The position numbers were made by a program, and so were the translations under genes. From positions 33,823 to 66,553 of the forward strand of contig MU271431.1 in NCBI GenBank assembly GCA_021432655.1: a stretch of DNA of 32,731 nt. Direction: 5' to 3'. The DNA comes from Atractiella rhizophila (taxonomy: Eukaryota). Below the pieces are notes generated by a model that worked only from the letters and a program-made list of their open reading frames with translations, was not told where the DNA came from and did not search any database. This document shows positions 11,950 through 24,859 of the stretch, in pieces (positions within the stretch are counted from its first letter, which is position 1; every line of letters begins with the position of its first letter).

Positions 11950-13680
11950 ACGTGTGGTCTAGGAATCGATTATGTGAAGCTGCTTCCGTCGAATGTTTCG
12001 ACGAAATATATGGACGAAAACGAATTAGCCTTTGTTCATGATTGGCATTAAAAAGAAAAATCGAAATTACGTTTACCTTTTTCTGAAACCCAAATGGATC
12101 AGCACTTCGATGGTGTCTCACAAACTAACCCCATCCCTATCATTGATAAGGCTGGCTCACCTAGCATATATCAACTTGTGGTAGACTTCTCCTGCAAAGG
12201 CAAGAAACCTTGTCCACCTCACTTCACTTCGGTTAACTCATTCATCGATAAACCTAACTTTCCTTGTGATTGGGATGGCTTTGATCGTACTGCTCAACTT
12301 CTTACTTCACTCCCAAATGATGCTGAGATCTTGGTTCTTGATGTTGAGGATGCCTTCCGAACTTTCAGCACAGATGCCTCTTCTCAACATTGGTTTTGCT
12401 TCAAAGATTTTGACAATAATTTCTGAGTGGATGTCGTAGCCAGCTTTGGTTGCACATCTTGCCCAGGCATATATACCACTTTCAACAAATGCTGGATAGA
12501 CATCCTTCATGGTCTAGGTTTTCCCAAAGGTTTCATTGGGTAGACGATAGTTTCCTAATTCACTCTTGGTCTTAAAATGTGTGGTTTGATGCAGATGATG
12601 TCGTCTCTGTACTTTGTATATTAGGTGTTCCCATCTCATCCACAAAGTCGTAAGATTTTTCACAAAACTTGGAAATATCTTGGCTTTATCTCTGTCCCCA
12701 TACAACGGATCTCCATGCCTGAGCTTACATTTTACAAAGTTTTTTTACTTCTTCAGTTTTCTCTCACACCACGATATTGGTTTGATTTTGCACAGCTTGA
12801 GTATCTCTTAGGTTTCCTTGTCCACATTCTCCTCATTGCTCCTCATTTGCGCCCTCACCTCGCCCCCCTTTATGCACTTAAACGTCAATTTCCTGCAATT
12901 GAACAAAAGGAGGGAGAGGAGGTTACACATTGTATTAAGAAATGTATCTCCATCAACACAGCAGAGCATTACGTCTCTGCCCCAAGGCTCGGCATCTTCT
13001 TAATGGTTTTCCTTGGATATGGAAAAACCGGCCGGATGAGCTCACTCTCTGCAAAGGCATTGCTCGCCAGCAAGGCACCCTGTTTAAGGCCTCTGTGTGC
13101 CTGGCGCTTACACTCAAAATGATTCTTCTTCTTGTCAGACAAACTGGATCACTCTAATTGCTTTGATGCAGCTGTTTTAACCTGTGCTATAATCACCTTT
13201 TTCTCTTGTTCCGGTTAGGGGAAACCACCGTTCGATCTCACAAATCCTTTCATCCACTAAGATCAATTACTTGTGCTGATCTCTCCTGACATCTTACTGA
13301 AGAAGATTTCCCTTACCTCCGCATACTTCTTTGGAATGATAAATCCTTACCCCCGGCACCCAGATTAGGCCATGTCTGGACAATGGACCTTATTGTCAAT
13401 TATCTTCACATCAACAACTCCAGTAACACACTTAACCACCTATTTACCTATATAGATCGCAAGGAAAATGATGGCTCTCTTGGGCACTTAGCTGTTCAGC
13501 TTTTCTCTATTGATGTAACCAGATCTGATCAGCAGCAGGCTATAACCACTTCTCTGATCATTCCTTCCACATCGGAGGTGCCTCATTTCTCCTCCAACTT
13601 GGGTTTGATATCAAGTATATTAGGATGGTAGGAATATGGAAAACCATCACATATGAACGCTACCTGCGTTTCCTCCACAA
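11950..13680 (+). mobile_element. Degenerate tyrosine-recombinase retrotransposon (DIRS/Ngaro-like): RT and YR remnants
   Basis: RT motifs SVNSFIDKPNFPCDW, DVEDAFR, VDVVASFGCTSCPGIY, FHWVDD (~12531), KYLGF. YR motifs DAAVLTCAIITFF and HSFHIGGASFLLQLG..VGIW..YERYLR (13559-13669; consensus HSFRIGGA..GRW..Y). Many stops and frameshifts. Confidence 0.85.
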
Positions 13681-15699
13681 CTACATCCCAACCTATTCAC
13701 AAAAATCACCCTCCTGCCCGACCTCCTAACGGTTTCCATCTACAAACCACCACATATTTTCTCTGATTTCAAACAACCTATCTCAAACGGTTTGCATATG
13801 AGAAGTTCAACAGGATTTGCAGACCTTCAAACAACAACTCTTCCACTCCAAAAATTCCACCCAATACAGGCAAGGAACTTCGTGACATGGCCGAATTCCT
13901 AAAAAAAGTCAGCTCGTCACTTCAGTTTTGGGGCAGGACAGAAGTGCTGGATGCCCTCTGTGATTTTAAAGCAGGTTGTTCATTCCAATCGGATAGCTAT
14001 TGTAGTTCCAGCTTTTCACAGCCAATCAACCAATCCAGCCACGTTCAAAACATGTAAGTTAGAGGCAGACGATAAGCAAAGTAGAATGAAGCCTACATCT
14101 AGGCTGCTGGGCTCTCCATTGCTTCATCGATTCTAGCTTCTCCACACCTGGCTTCTTTCGAAGGATAGACTCCAAGAAGGTCTAGAAAGGTTGTGGATTA
14201 GAAAAAGGACATAATTTAGAAGTAGAATGGAAGATGGCATACTAGGCATCATGCATGAACACTTGCTCATCCTGTTAGCTTTGTTCCATGTGCTTCTGGT
14301 TCTTCACACTTCCTTTGAACATGACTAGGTGTGTTGAGAATGTCAAGGGTCCAGTAAGCGAGAAATGTCCACAGGTGAGAAGCAGAATTCAAGAAGGATC
14401 CTAAGGCTAACCATGAACAGTCTACCCTTTATGTGCCCCTACCGGGTCAGCGTTTGGTGCTTCATCCGCACTTAGCTCCCGATTTGTAGGTGGTGTCCAT
14501 TCCATTGAACTGATAAAGGTGAATCAAAAATGTGAATTGAGAATATCTGGAAAAGGTCAGAACAATGGTCAGTAAGAGGCTTCAACATTATGGAATGAAG
14601 TGAGCAGAACAAGCAGTAAACAAACTAAGACAATAGAGAATAAGAATCTCAAGTTCCTACAGTAGGAAGCAGAGTGAAAACTGATGAGGATTCGAAGTAG
14701 TGTGCCATCCTTTGAGTCCAACTGTGCCGTATCTATGGAGATCATGTGCCTGCCTGAACTTGAAAATTTTGACTAAGGCTAGTTCCTATAACCACACCTA
14801 CACTCTACACACTGAGAGACACTCACACAAGAAGAAGATAATCCAAAATACCACTAGAAATCATCCCATTCCCCATCCTCCATTGATACTTTACTCCGAC
14901 CGACTTCCATATACTTCCATCCATCAAATTGCACAAACTTGGCTAACTACGCATTAAATCGTTCTCCACTAAGAATATCCTCGCATTCGTTCAATATTGA
15001 GAAGAGTTGATGTCGAAATCTTCCAGTCAAAGCTGTTATCCCAGAATTACTCATAATCACGAAAAAACATGTGTTTTTCGCGCTGAAAAGAGGCTACTGG
15101 TGACAGTAAGGTCAGGGGATCAATAACAAAGAGAAATTGTGAAGATCTGAGGACATTTGAGGGACTGCTGAGAAGGCGAGTTCGACATTTTAATTGACGT
15201 CAGTAGTGGACAAATTTTACCAACAATTGTCAAGTGGGTGGCTAACGGGTGAACCAACACCTTCACGAAGTCAGCGCCGCAACCAACTCCCTGCATGACC
15301 CCCTATGCTTCCCAGCTTCCAGATACTAAAAATTATCAGATTGCCTGCATTGTGTGAGCTGATCTACCTGGTGTGCAGACTCACTGGCAGAAAGCTCGAC
15401 CACAAAATCGGATCTGCTGTCTCCGCTTCTGCATATCCCTCATCATTGCTCTGCTTCAGCATTATGGAACCAATGTGAGTGCTCAAATGACCTGATCAGT
15501 AGCAAATCTGACGAGAATAAGCCATAGGAATGTCTCATGAAGCTCCTGGCAGCTCCCCATTGTCGACAATATGACGATGCAGTTAATGCTGCCTGTCAAA
15601 GATGGTAGCATCTCTCCCCTTTCCCATCAAGATGTCTTTTGTTTCTTATCTGTTCTCGTTTACTAATATATGATCTGTAATACAGTGGTCCACAAATTC

Positions 15700-16680
15700 T
15701 TAGAGCTGCTAATGAAACCAACTTAGACTAGCCTCAGTGCTTCCTCTACCAAGTCTCCTCTGACCAAACATGCACCATTGTTGAGAATGCTTGCAAAGGG
15801 ACCTGGTAACAAGTGTGCTATGATACCGTACAACTCGATCAAATGTGGTATCCTCGAACCCTGTGTTGTTGTCAGACTTTTCGTCAAAGCCTCCAGCTTC
15901 ACCTCTCTGCTTGCTTCTTCTGAATGCCATTGTTAACAGTTCATTTTGCTGTTCACAAAGCAACAGAACTGAGAGGAGCGGTACAACTAGTTGTGCCTTT
16001 CCCTTTTCCTCCTCTATTTGACTTGATACTTATTTTGATTCCGCATACAGTAAAACAGTCGAAGGCACCTCTCTCGCACCGCAGTTCCTACCGCCAACCC
16101 ATACGAAACAGGCACATATTGCACAACTCCCACCCCTCATCGACCTCACTCATTGTCAGACTTCTGATTTTAACATGGATATCGCTGTATGTCGGTATGT
16201 GAGCGTTATATATTGGTGGGCTGGCCTTTGGAATGGTTCTTGAGTGGGTCTTTCTTTCCATTGGATCGATCATGTTACCTTGGATCATTGCCTCAATTAT
16301 ATCTCTATTTTGAAACCATAGCACATTTCAGAGAACTGGATCAAGCTAAATGTCTGTATTCATTCTTTTGTTCAGACAGGTAAACATGAATAAAGTAGTA
16401 CAGCTACTTTGTTGCTGCTTGTTGTTCAGCATTAGTGCAACTTAGGCCTTCCCTTTCTGACATGTTCTGTCTTCTTGCTACCACCACTTTCTGTCTCCCC
16501 TCCATGTTCTCTTTCTTTTCTCTTGGTTCTGCTTGCTGCTCCCATTTCTCCAACATCAGCAGGTAACAGTAGACTACGGTCGTTAGCAATGACAGGATTG
16601 TAGACCACAACAAGTGAAGTCGTGGTGCTTTCATAAGCACTTGTCATAGCCATGCTGTTATTGTTCCTGCTGGAGGTAGT
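15700..16680 (-). pseudogene. Degenerate ORF remnant of unknown, probably TE-borne, protein
   Basis: A chain of short minus-strand ORF pieces separated by stops in a CpG-poor region; no recognisable domain. Confidence 0.25.
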
Positions 16681-16988
16681 CGAATTGGAAGTGACTCATT
16701 CTCTTTTCCACGCTGTTGGTAGCTTTTAAAACAGCGACTATAAGTTGATTTGTCTATAAAATTGGACTTTTGATGCTTGGGGCAACCACAATGCTTCTTC
16801 CCAATGGGAATGTTCGACATATTGCAAGTTGAGCTAGAAGATGGTTGTATGATCGACTGTATCCTTATGGCATCATTTTACTCAAATGAAGCCACAACTT
16901 GAACCTGACCCTGAACCTTGTCAGACGCTCATAAATTGTGCGGATGTCATGACTTCCCCTCTTACTCCATCAGGCATTCACAAGCAAA

Positions 16989-17700
16989 ATGGATCTTTCC
17001 AGTTGTGCCACATACTTTACAGCTGAGCCCGCTAACACCAACCAAAACGTATCTCCTTCAGTTTTGACTTCAGTTCCACAACATGCCATTTCTCTCCTAT
17101 TGCATGAACAACTCCTCCTCAATCCACTCTATGTCAACGTGTGGAAAGATGCTCAGAACTCCCATGTCCGATAGCAGCGAAACAATCTGTCATCGAACTA
17201 CTTACAGAGAAAATCAAACTTCTTGAAGAAAAATCCAACTCCCTGCAGCCTTCAGCGACAGTTACCAATCCAACGGCACACCTATCTCTTACTCCCAATG
17301 ATGTTCTATCACCACACCAGAGGGACAACTACCCCAAAATTCGCAATTGGACAAAGACAGAATTGAGGAAGGAGCCCAAGGCAAAACGTCAATTCGCAAG
17401 CAGCTCTAACTTGGGAATGGTAAATTTGTCCACAGCTCACTAGTTATGAGGACAGTGAAGGATTTCGTTGATGAGACTGTTATTGAGATGAAGAAGACGG
17501 TAAATGGGCAGAATGTGCAATGGACAAAATTTCGCAAGGAACATGAGATTGGGCGGTTCAAGAGTTGATGGCAGGACATGAAGTCTTCCGCCTTTTGTGA
17601 GGGAGAAGAAAGACGAAGCGATACCTAATGAATGTTCTTAACAACTCAGCAGCTACCCATACCAATGTGAAAGTAGCAGCCTGAGAGCAGAAGAGGAAAG
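16989..17700 (+). pseudogene. Decayed accessory ORF, probably of the downstream CACTA element
   Basis: Coiled-coil-like IELLTEKIKLLEEK followed by RDNYPKIRNWTK, resembling DYP..W motifs of basidiomycete TE-associated proteins; same strand as, and directly upstream of, the transposase. Confidence 0.4.
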
Positions 17701-18552
17701 AAAAAGTGGGCTTCCCATTCTTAATGTCAAACCGGAACTGAGATTGAAGTGTTAGTTGAGTGCCACAACAGATGACGATGAAGAGGCTGCCGCTGCCCTT
17801 GGTTTGTTTGTCCCGTCCAATGACATGTATGCTTTGCTGATCAACAATTCAGTACCTTAAGTAATCAAACTGAGAGTTCCACAGAACCAAAGTACACCTA
17901 ATACTCCAAATGCCAGTTGCTGCATCTATGCAGGAAAAGTGCATGTATGCAATCTTAATGTGCAATAAGTACTGATTCTTAGAATCAGAAATGTTACAAT
18001 GGCTGCTGAAGCCCAAAGCACTGCAGGTGGTCAAAGCAATGCGGTATAGGTCAGCCCTCAACGGCCTCAAACAAGACTTTGCAGGCACTTGTGACAGCGG
18101 CAGCTGACATGGCGTTAGCTTATCAGAAGCTGATCCAGCTCAGTTGCCTCTTCCGTTGACTGCTTCACAAGGAAGTCAGTTATCAGCTTCAAATCGCCAT
18201 GATCAAGCAGACAACTTCCCAGGATCAAGCTTCCAGACCGCAACTTGTAAGCAAACAATTTTGCTCCATCAGATCAGCTAAGTGAAGTATAATGGTCGTC
18301 TAAATATCCCATTGTATTCCACACATGAAGAAGAAGAAAGCACTGAAAGTGAAACTGAAGTTTCATCGACCTCCCCTCATTCTGGACCCTCCCACCTTGA
18401 TGTTGAAATGTCCCTCGCTTCGTTTCGTCTATTTCATTTCAACATCAGCTAGCTTTACACAAACTTGCCCTTGTAGGTCCTGCTCTCGAAGGACTCCTGT
18501 TTCCGAATGAACATGAGGAAAATGAGGCAGGCTTTCCTCAGGTAGTTCAGAT

Positions 18553-21220
18553 GTGGAAGATCATCTTGAGATCAAAGATTTGGGCCATCAAGGCAAAGCT
18601 TTTCAATGGACTAACTTTGAATTTGAGCAAAATATCAATCAAGAGGAGGATGCTCAAAATCCATTACCTCCACCACCTGCTGTTGAGCTTTGGGAGACGA
18701 TGAACTCTTCAATCTTTGCTTGTATCAGTGGTTCCAAGAACACCCTGGGGTCACACAGACTGCTTTCGACGATTTACTCCAACTTTTGCGCCATTTTAAT
18801 CTTTACTATGATTCACGCTCACGATATCGTAACGAGAACTTGGCAGAAAAGCTCACAAACCTTGAAGGAAATGAGCGAGATTGTTGTATTAACTCTTGTA
18901 TATCTTATACTGGCAGGTATAAAGATACCTTGGATTGCCCCTACTGTGGCGAATCAAGATATGACGAACAACATTTGGTGAAGAGAAAGAAGGTTCCACA
19001 AGAGCTTCATTTGGCTTCCCATTGCTCCTTGTATTCAGGCAATGTATCGGCGATCATTTCGTGCTGAAGCCATGCTATACCGTACGAGAGCAACTGCGAT
19101 AATGCAAGCAAATGCTGATAAACCGATGGAAGACTACATTGACTCTGAAAATTACAATCAACTTCGCCAAAGGTTTTTTAACAATGATCGGGATGTTGCT
19201 TTGCTTTTCTCCTCTGGCTCAAATCTTTCGTGACAAGCACTCAGACGCTTGGCTGGTCATTCTCTTGACCTTCAATTTATCTCCGGAGGAAAGTGTCAAA
19301 AAAACATAATATGATCCTCATTCTATTATTCCTGGACCAAATAATGCAAAGATATCTTTACTTTCATTCAAGAGCCACTGGAAGAACTGAAGAAGCTTGA
19401 GACTGAAGGCATTCGTACCTGTGATGAGACGGAGCAGGAATGGTTCACTTGCCATGTCTATCTTCTTCTAGTCGCTGCTGATATGCAAGGAAGCTCAAAA
19501 TTTTCTTGCACTGTGGGCCTACAAGGCAGGTGTGGTTGCAGCTTTTGCTACCTCATCGGTTATTATACAGGAAAGAGTGGATACTATTATGCTTTTGAGA
19601 ATCCAACTGATGACTTTGAATTTGGGACAACAAGATGAAGGAAGAAGGGGATCCACAAAGAGCAATATTCGAGAGAGTTACCACCTGCAAGAGTACAGAT
19701 GATACTTATGGGTCAGAAATGACACAGCTTTTACTTCCAAATCTCAAGAGGAGGCAGCAAAGCTTACCACCAGGTTTGGAATCGTCTGAAAGACTCCTTT
19801 TGCAAGCTGTGACACTTTTACCTGGCCATACTTCTTCCCGATCGATACTATGCATTTGTTCTTCCAACTTGTTACACTTTCCATGTTCAAAATTTGGCAT
19901 GGTGATGAGCAGATGGGCTTGAATGGGACTGAAGATTTTATCATCCCAGACGAAAGGTGGAAGGGGAGTGGTAGGCGTCAAAACTACATTTGAATCTACA
20001 TAACAAACTCTTCGTACTAGGTGCATTAATGGAAAATGCCCTCGATTTTGGCCAACAGCCTTTGGTGAGTGACCACGAAATATCTACACTGCTTGGACTC
20101 CCTACAAGAATAAAGATTGGGCTCAATGGTGCTTCATTTGGTCTCGACAATTTTTGCCTCATTTTTTACAGCCAAAATACCTGGACCACTGGCTCAAGTT
20201 TGTTACAGAAGTAATAATTGCTTGCCAGACACAGATCACTCATGAGGAACTTCTTGAGATGAAGCAACTCTTTGAAGAATTTCATGATGGGTTTATGCTT
20301 CTTTATTATCAGCGGAAAATCAAGCAGATCAAGATGTGTCAAATGACTCTTCATCGCCTTGTACTTGTCTATGACTGTATTCTGGAAATGGGATCTGTCT
20401 GGGTCTATTGGCAGTATCCCATGGAATGGTTGATCGGTCAAATGGTTCAATCTCTCCAGAATGTCACACAGTATACAGCAACTTTAGCACGTCTCATGCT
20501 TCACCGCGAGCATGTCAATATTGTCAACTGGCTTCATCCATTACCCAAAGACTGCCATATCTCGTGTCCCTTTCACAAGAGTATTTGGGATGACTCTTGC
20601 TTTCTAACTGTCAAGAGGGAGAAAAATCCATCTTTGTACAAGTCACCTCGAGAAGCCTGTTAGGGCTAACACTATGTGCGGTCGCCGATAGGCGATGCGT
20701 CTGTAGTGGAGGTAAACCTAAGTGATAGTATGGCATGAGAAGACTAACCTGTAGTGGAGGTAAACCTAAGAGAATACTCTGAGGTCACTACCACTACATC
20801 TCGATGTATATATACATATTTAAAAGCACTGCCATGAACTGTAACATATGATTCTTGAAACATGTAAGATAGCTAGATCAGGAAAGCAACAAAGGGAATA
20901 CGCGGAAATAAGGCATGTTGAACAGTACAAGTGAGAAAGGATAATAAGGCAATAATGGAGACGGTGCAGACCGGCGAAATGTATAAGGTTTGCTGAGCGG
21001 CGATTCGTGTGAGATAGGGAAAGCGGCGATCAGCGCGTACGTGAGCAAAGCGGCGATGGGGGGCACGTGATCCCATAACGTCGTGAAGTAGGTCACGTGA
21101 CTTCGTGTGGTGCATTTCGATAATGCGTAGGGGCAAGCCTGACAAAGCCCTTGTCCGATATATTTATTGGCAACATAACCAACAAGATTTCTTCGGTCTG
21201 GATGAAGATGACATGGTGTC
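18553..21220 (+). mobile_element. Degenerate CACTA/En-Spm (Transposase_21/tnp2-type) transposase, interrupted by a solo LTR
   Basis: DCCINSCISYTG..CPYCGESRY zinc motif; DRDVALLFS; AQIFRDKHSDAW; FNLSPE; IIPGP; ADMQGSSK..GRCGCSFC; FPIDTMHL; LHRLVLVYDCILEMGSVWVYWQYPME. The frame resumes after the LTR (PREA|LVRYIYWQ). Confidence 0.88.
20658..21144 (-). mobile_element. Solo LTR (487 bp), sister subfamily, 5-bp TSD AAGCC
   Basis: TGTTAGG...CCTGACA termini flanked by AAGCC at 20653-20657 and 21145-21149; the first ~200 bp match the 11276 LTR and the rest is diverged. Strand is inferred. Confidence 0.92.
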
Positions 21221-21229
21221 ACAGACATC

Positions 21230-22083
21230 TTCATGCAGCGAGGGCCACACCAACCCTCTCCGAAATGCTTTGCTGAAAACTACGAGCGCAATGTCTACTT
21301 CGATAGAATACAGCATCCATTCAGCAATGTCGATGGGCAGGGGATCACTGGTAGAGGAAGTCAAAGTATTGTTCACTAAACTGAAGGAGATTGTTCCATG
21401 GGGACCCTCAAGCTGATGACAAGCAAGCAGACCATTCATTCCATGTGGACGGAGTCTGGATGGAAGCGTAAGGAGCTCACTAGAAGCGCAACTTGTGTTG
21501 CTATGAGTACCTTTGATACTGTGCAAATGGAGGCACTCATATAGGTGTTTAACAAGTTCACTGATCGGGGAACTGAGAGCGACAAGCTGAGAATACACTT
21601 TGCTGTCATCCAGTTCTACCTCACTTGTCGTTTTGAGGATCATTTCTTCCAGCTCACATATGTCACAGTAGCAGATGATCTAGATGGAGAGGTCTAGCAA
21701 GGCAACTTATCTTGTAGGTTCTGTAATGACACACCACAGCACAACCGCTTTGTTAACATTGCAACCATTAAAGGTCTCCGTCACCCTCCTCGATTGGCCC
21801 ACCTTCGAGTCCTCCACCAAGCGCTGGAGCAGATTGGTCCCCCCCCCAAGCGCAGGCAGAGAGGACGTCGCCAGTCACCTCTTCCTTAGGTTTGGATTTG
21901 GACCCGGTGGAAGCGGAAGGAACTGGGTGGAAGCGAGGATTCAGCTTGGGGGGAAGCCACATTTGAGGGAAAGACAGGCTAAGTTGGGCAGCCCGCTGGT
22001 GTTGCATAATCCCCATTTCGTGAAGCCGGAAATGGTGATGGAGCTTGATGATGTTATGTTTAGGGATCAGGAGGTGGAACCAT
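21230..22083 (-). pseudogene. Degenerate gene of unknown function
   Basis: Minus-strand coding-like pieces (ORF 21164..21643; ATG at ~22083 followed by stops); possible intron acceptor TTACAG near 21721. No domain recognised. Confidence 0.25.
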
Positions 22084-22602
22084 AGTTGGAGATGGGCCTT
22101 ATTAAGGATGAAGACGAGTGAGATGAGCTTGGAATGAGTGTTATGTGTCACGAGTTTTTGTCTCATTCATTCTCGTTTGTTCTTCGCAAACATTTCCTCC
22201 GTCTTGATGGTCCCAAGTGTGAACAGTACTCCGTCATGCTAAACCTGAACAACATCCCACATCACAACAAGCCAACATCATCTCCCTCTTCCCTTCGCAT
22301 TACAACTCACAACTTGAACATAACAACTGGTTATCTCAGAGTCAGAACCTCTGACGGTTGTTTAGTCAAGTTTATAAAACTGAACATCCGCAACGGACCT
22401 AGTCCGGAAAATCCACACCATCACAGCTCAATCTGCGCCCAGAACGTGAATGCGACAAGATGACGGAGGTGGAGGATTGTGTCAGTACTTGCGCAGTGGA
22501 GAGTTGTTTGGGATCAGGAGGTAGGGGAGATAAAGGTTTTGGTTGTCCACTTTGGATAGGGCTTTGCACCGTCCCGTCCGTCGATTTTTGTGCCTGCGAC
22601 GG

Positions 22603-23019
22603 TGTCAGGTTTGCATCTTACGCAAATCGGCGCCCGTTCGCCGGATTGCGTCTCCTATCGCCCATTTGCGTTCCCTGCGAATCGGCGCCCGTTCGCCGGA
22701 CTGCGTCTCCCGTCGCCCATTTGCACCTACATCACCACTTAGCCCAATTGTGCCTATCCTCCTCTTATTAACTCCGCGTAATCCCACTGTCGCTTCCCCT
22801 TTTAGTTCTCTTACATGTTTCATCTGCTCTCCTCTACGCTCTGTGGCAGTGTTATTCCGCTTGGATATATAGATCAGAGAGTAGTGGAGGTGACCTTAGA
22901 GTATTCCCTTAGGTTTATCTCCACTACAAGTTAGTCTTCATGTCATATCATGCACTTAGGTTTATCTCCACTACAGACGCATCGCCTATCGGCGACCGCA
23001 CATAGTGTCAGCCCTAACA
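22603..23019 (+). mobile_element. Solo LTR (417 bp), 5-bp TSD GACGG, nested in the hAT left end
   Basis: TGTCAGG...CCTAACA flanked by GACGG at 22598-22602 and 23020-23024; CpG-rich; TATATAG at ~22866. Confidence 0.93.
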
Positions 23020-23505
23020 GACGGCAAGAAACGGTGTGCAGACAGACGGGTTTGACAGTGAACATGGGTCAGAACACGGGTGTTCAACAAAATATTTCTT
23101 TATTCCATCCAGCGCCGCCAGAATATGTGATTCATACCACAAGCTGGGGGGCCCCTCGTCCCTCGGGGGGACCACATTGTGTTTCTGCTGTTTTTCAATG
23201 AAAAGTGGTTGACTATGCTGTTAGGAACATGCTGAGAGATAATCAGTGATTGAGTACTCATAACACTTCTTTGGAACTACATTATCTGTTAAATTGTGTG
23301 CAGGCACTCACAGTTTCAAGAGTGACAAATGTGAGGGAACAGAGAATCGAACCAACACCAAAAACAAAATTATGTCACACTCTCACTTAACACCAACTAC
23401 ACCATCGCACAGACTCTTTGTCTCAAAACCCGATGTCAAGTAGGTAAGGAAAACTTGCCCTAAGTACCAACTTGACACACAATTATTTCTGGTCCTTTAA
23501 ATAAG

Positions 23506-23720
23506 CTTTGTTGTGTACGGTCCAAAAGGCGCTGACACATGTATTCTGGTGGTATGCTCACAATTTTGACAGGGTTGTTGTGGGCCAAGAGTCACTTGAG
23601 GCAGTAAGGAAAACAATTTTTCTTTCGTCTTTCAAATCGACTTTGTTGTATACGGATCGAAAGGCGCCGACACGCGTATTCTGATGGTATGCTCAGATTT
23701 CTGGTAGGGTTGTTGTGAGT
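23506..23720. repeat. Diverged ~80-bp direct repeat inside the hAT element
   Basis: ctttgttgt.tacgg..c.aaaggcgc.gacac..gtattctg.tggtatgctca at 23506 and 23641. Confidence 0.8.
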
Positions 23721-24099
23721 GGTGAGAGAAGCGCTCAAGAGTACATGCGTGAGTCATGCTAAAAACTCGTCGTGCTTTATGTATAAGGATATTTTAGCTG
23801 CTAACTACTAATGCCGGCAAGCCTAGGCTTGTTTGGCTAGGCGGTTGAGCCGGCCCACATAAGGTTAGGTTTGTACTGACCCAGAAGCCCCTTTCTGGCC
23901 GTTTTCGGGCCATGCAAAGGAATGTTTGCTCTGCCGCACACAAGAAAATATGAAATTACGAAAAGCTTGCAGCAAAACAAGCAAAAAACGGTAAAAAAAC
24001 CTTGAAATTCATATAACAACCGTTGTTCCCCATCTGACCCGTCATGGAATGCAAGAGAGGGCTGATGGACGGGTGTTACCCGTCCGTTTTCTTCAAAAA

Positions 24100-24139
24100 G
24101 AGAGAAGTAACGTCAGAAGAAACAGAAGGAGGAGCAGTA
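24100..24139. pseudogene. 5' start of kinase copy 3 (mirrored)
   Basis: Backwards from 24139: ATGACGAGGAGGAAGACAAAGAAGACTGCAATGAAGAGAG = MTRRKTKKTAMKR, versus MTKRKTKKTPTER at 5876. Confidence 0.85.
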
Positions 24140-24395
24140 TATCTCCCCTGTCTACTCAGTTACGTCCCCTGACCTACTCTAATTATATTACACACGACAG
24201 GGTCAGTAAACTGCGCTTTCTAGCTTACGAGCTTGCGGTACTATAGGACGTACTTTGTAGTGGGAGAAGAGAGGACAGGAGGTCGTGTGAGATAAGGACC
24301 ACCTGGGGTGAGAGTAGTAAGGTAAAGGACGACGGAGTCCCATGTCCGTTAAACGCTCTATTGAGGTGAAGCGCCTAGTAGAGGAAGGTTTCAAT

Positions 24396-24859
24396 CTCGG
24401 GCAAACCGACGGTTAAGTCGGACTTAAGCTTAAAACACTTAACGGACTTAACCCTTAGGTTAAGTTCGTCGAAGGACTTAACTCTTAAACTTAAGTTCGA
24501 CAACGGTTTGCGTTAAGACTAAACCTTTTAAAACGAACGTAAGCGAACCGGCACTCGTACGGCGTTGACTCAGGAGTGGGCGTAAAAAAACCACAAAGTT
24601 ATATAAGGGCCAGTACCTGTCCTGGCTCTCCACAGGCAAAGTAGAGGGCCGTTGTTTAAGTCCTTTAAATTCTAGCTTTATGTCGAGACCTCGAGCTAAA
24701 GCTAAAAACTTTAGAACCGACCCCACTTAACGTTAAGTGTCTAACTCTTAACGTTAGAAAACCGGCGGTTTGCCATGCGACTTAACGGACTAATCCCAGG
24801 TTAAGTGCAGGTTAAGTGGGGTCGGTCCTAAAGCTTAAACCCTCAACGGTTTGTCCGAG
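24396..24859. mobile_element. PIF/Harbinger-type MITE (464 bp) with TAA TSD, mirrored
   Basis: Backwards read: TAA|GAGCCTGTTTGGC...GCCAAACGGGCTC|TAA; the interior is rich in GAATT motifs, which appear as TTAAG in the given text. Confidence 0.85.

Noticed and set aside
13791..13820. FAYEKFNRI resembling a CACTA transposase F.FER.NG motif
   Set aside because: Isolated short match without surrounding support.
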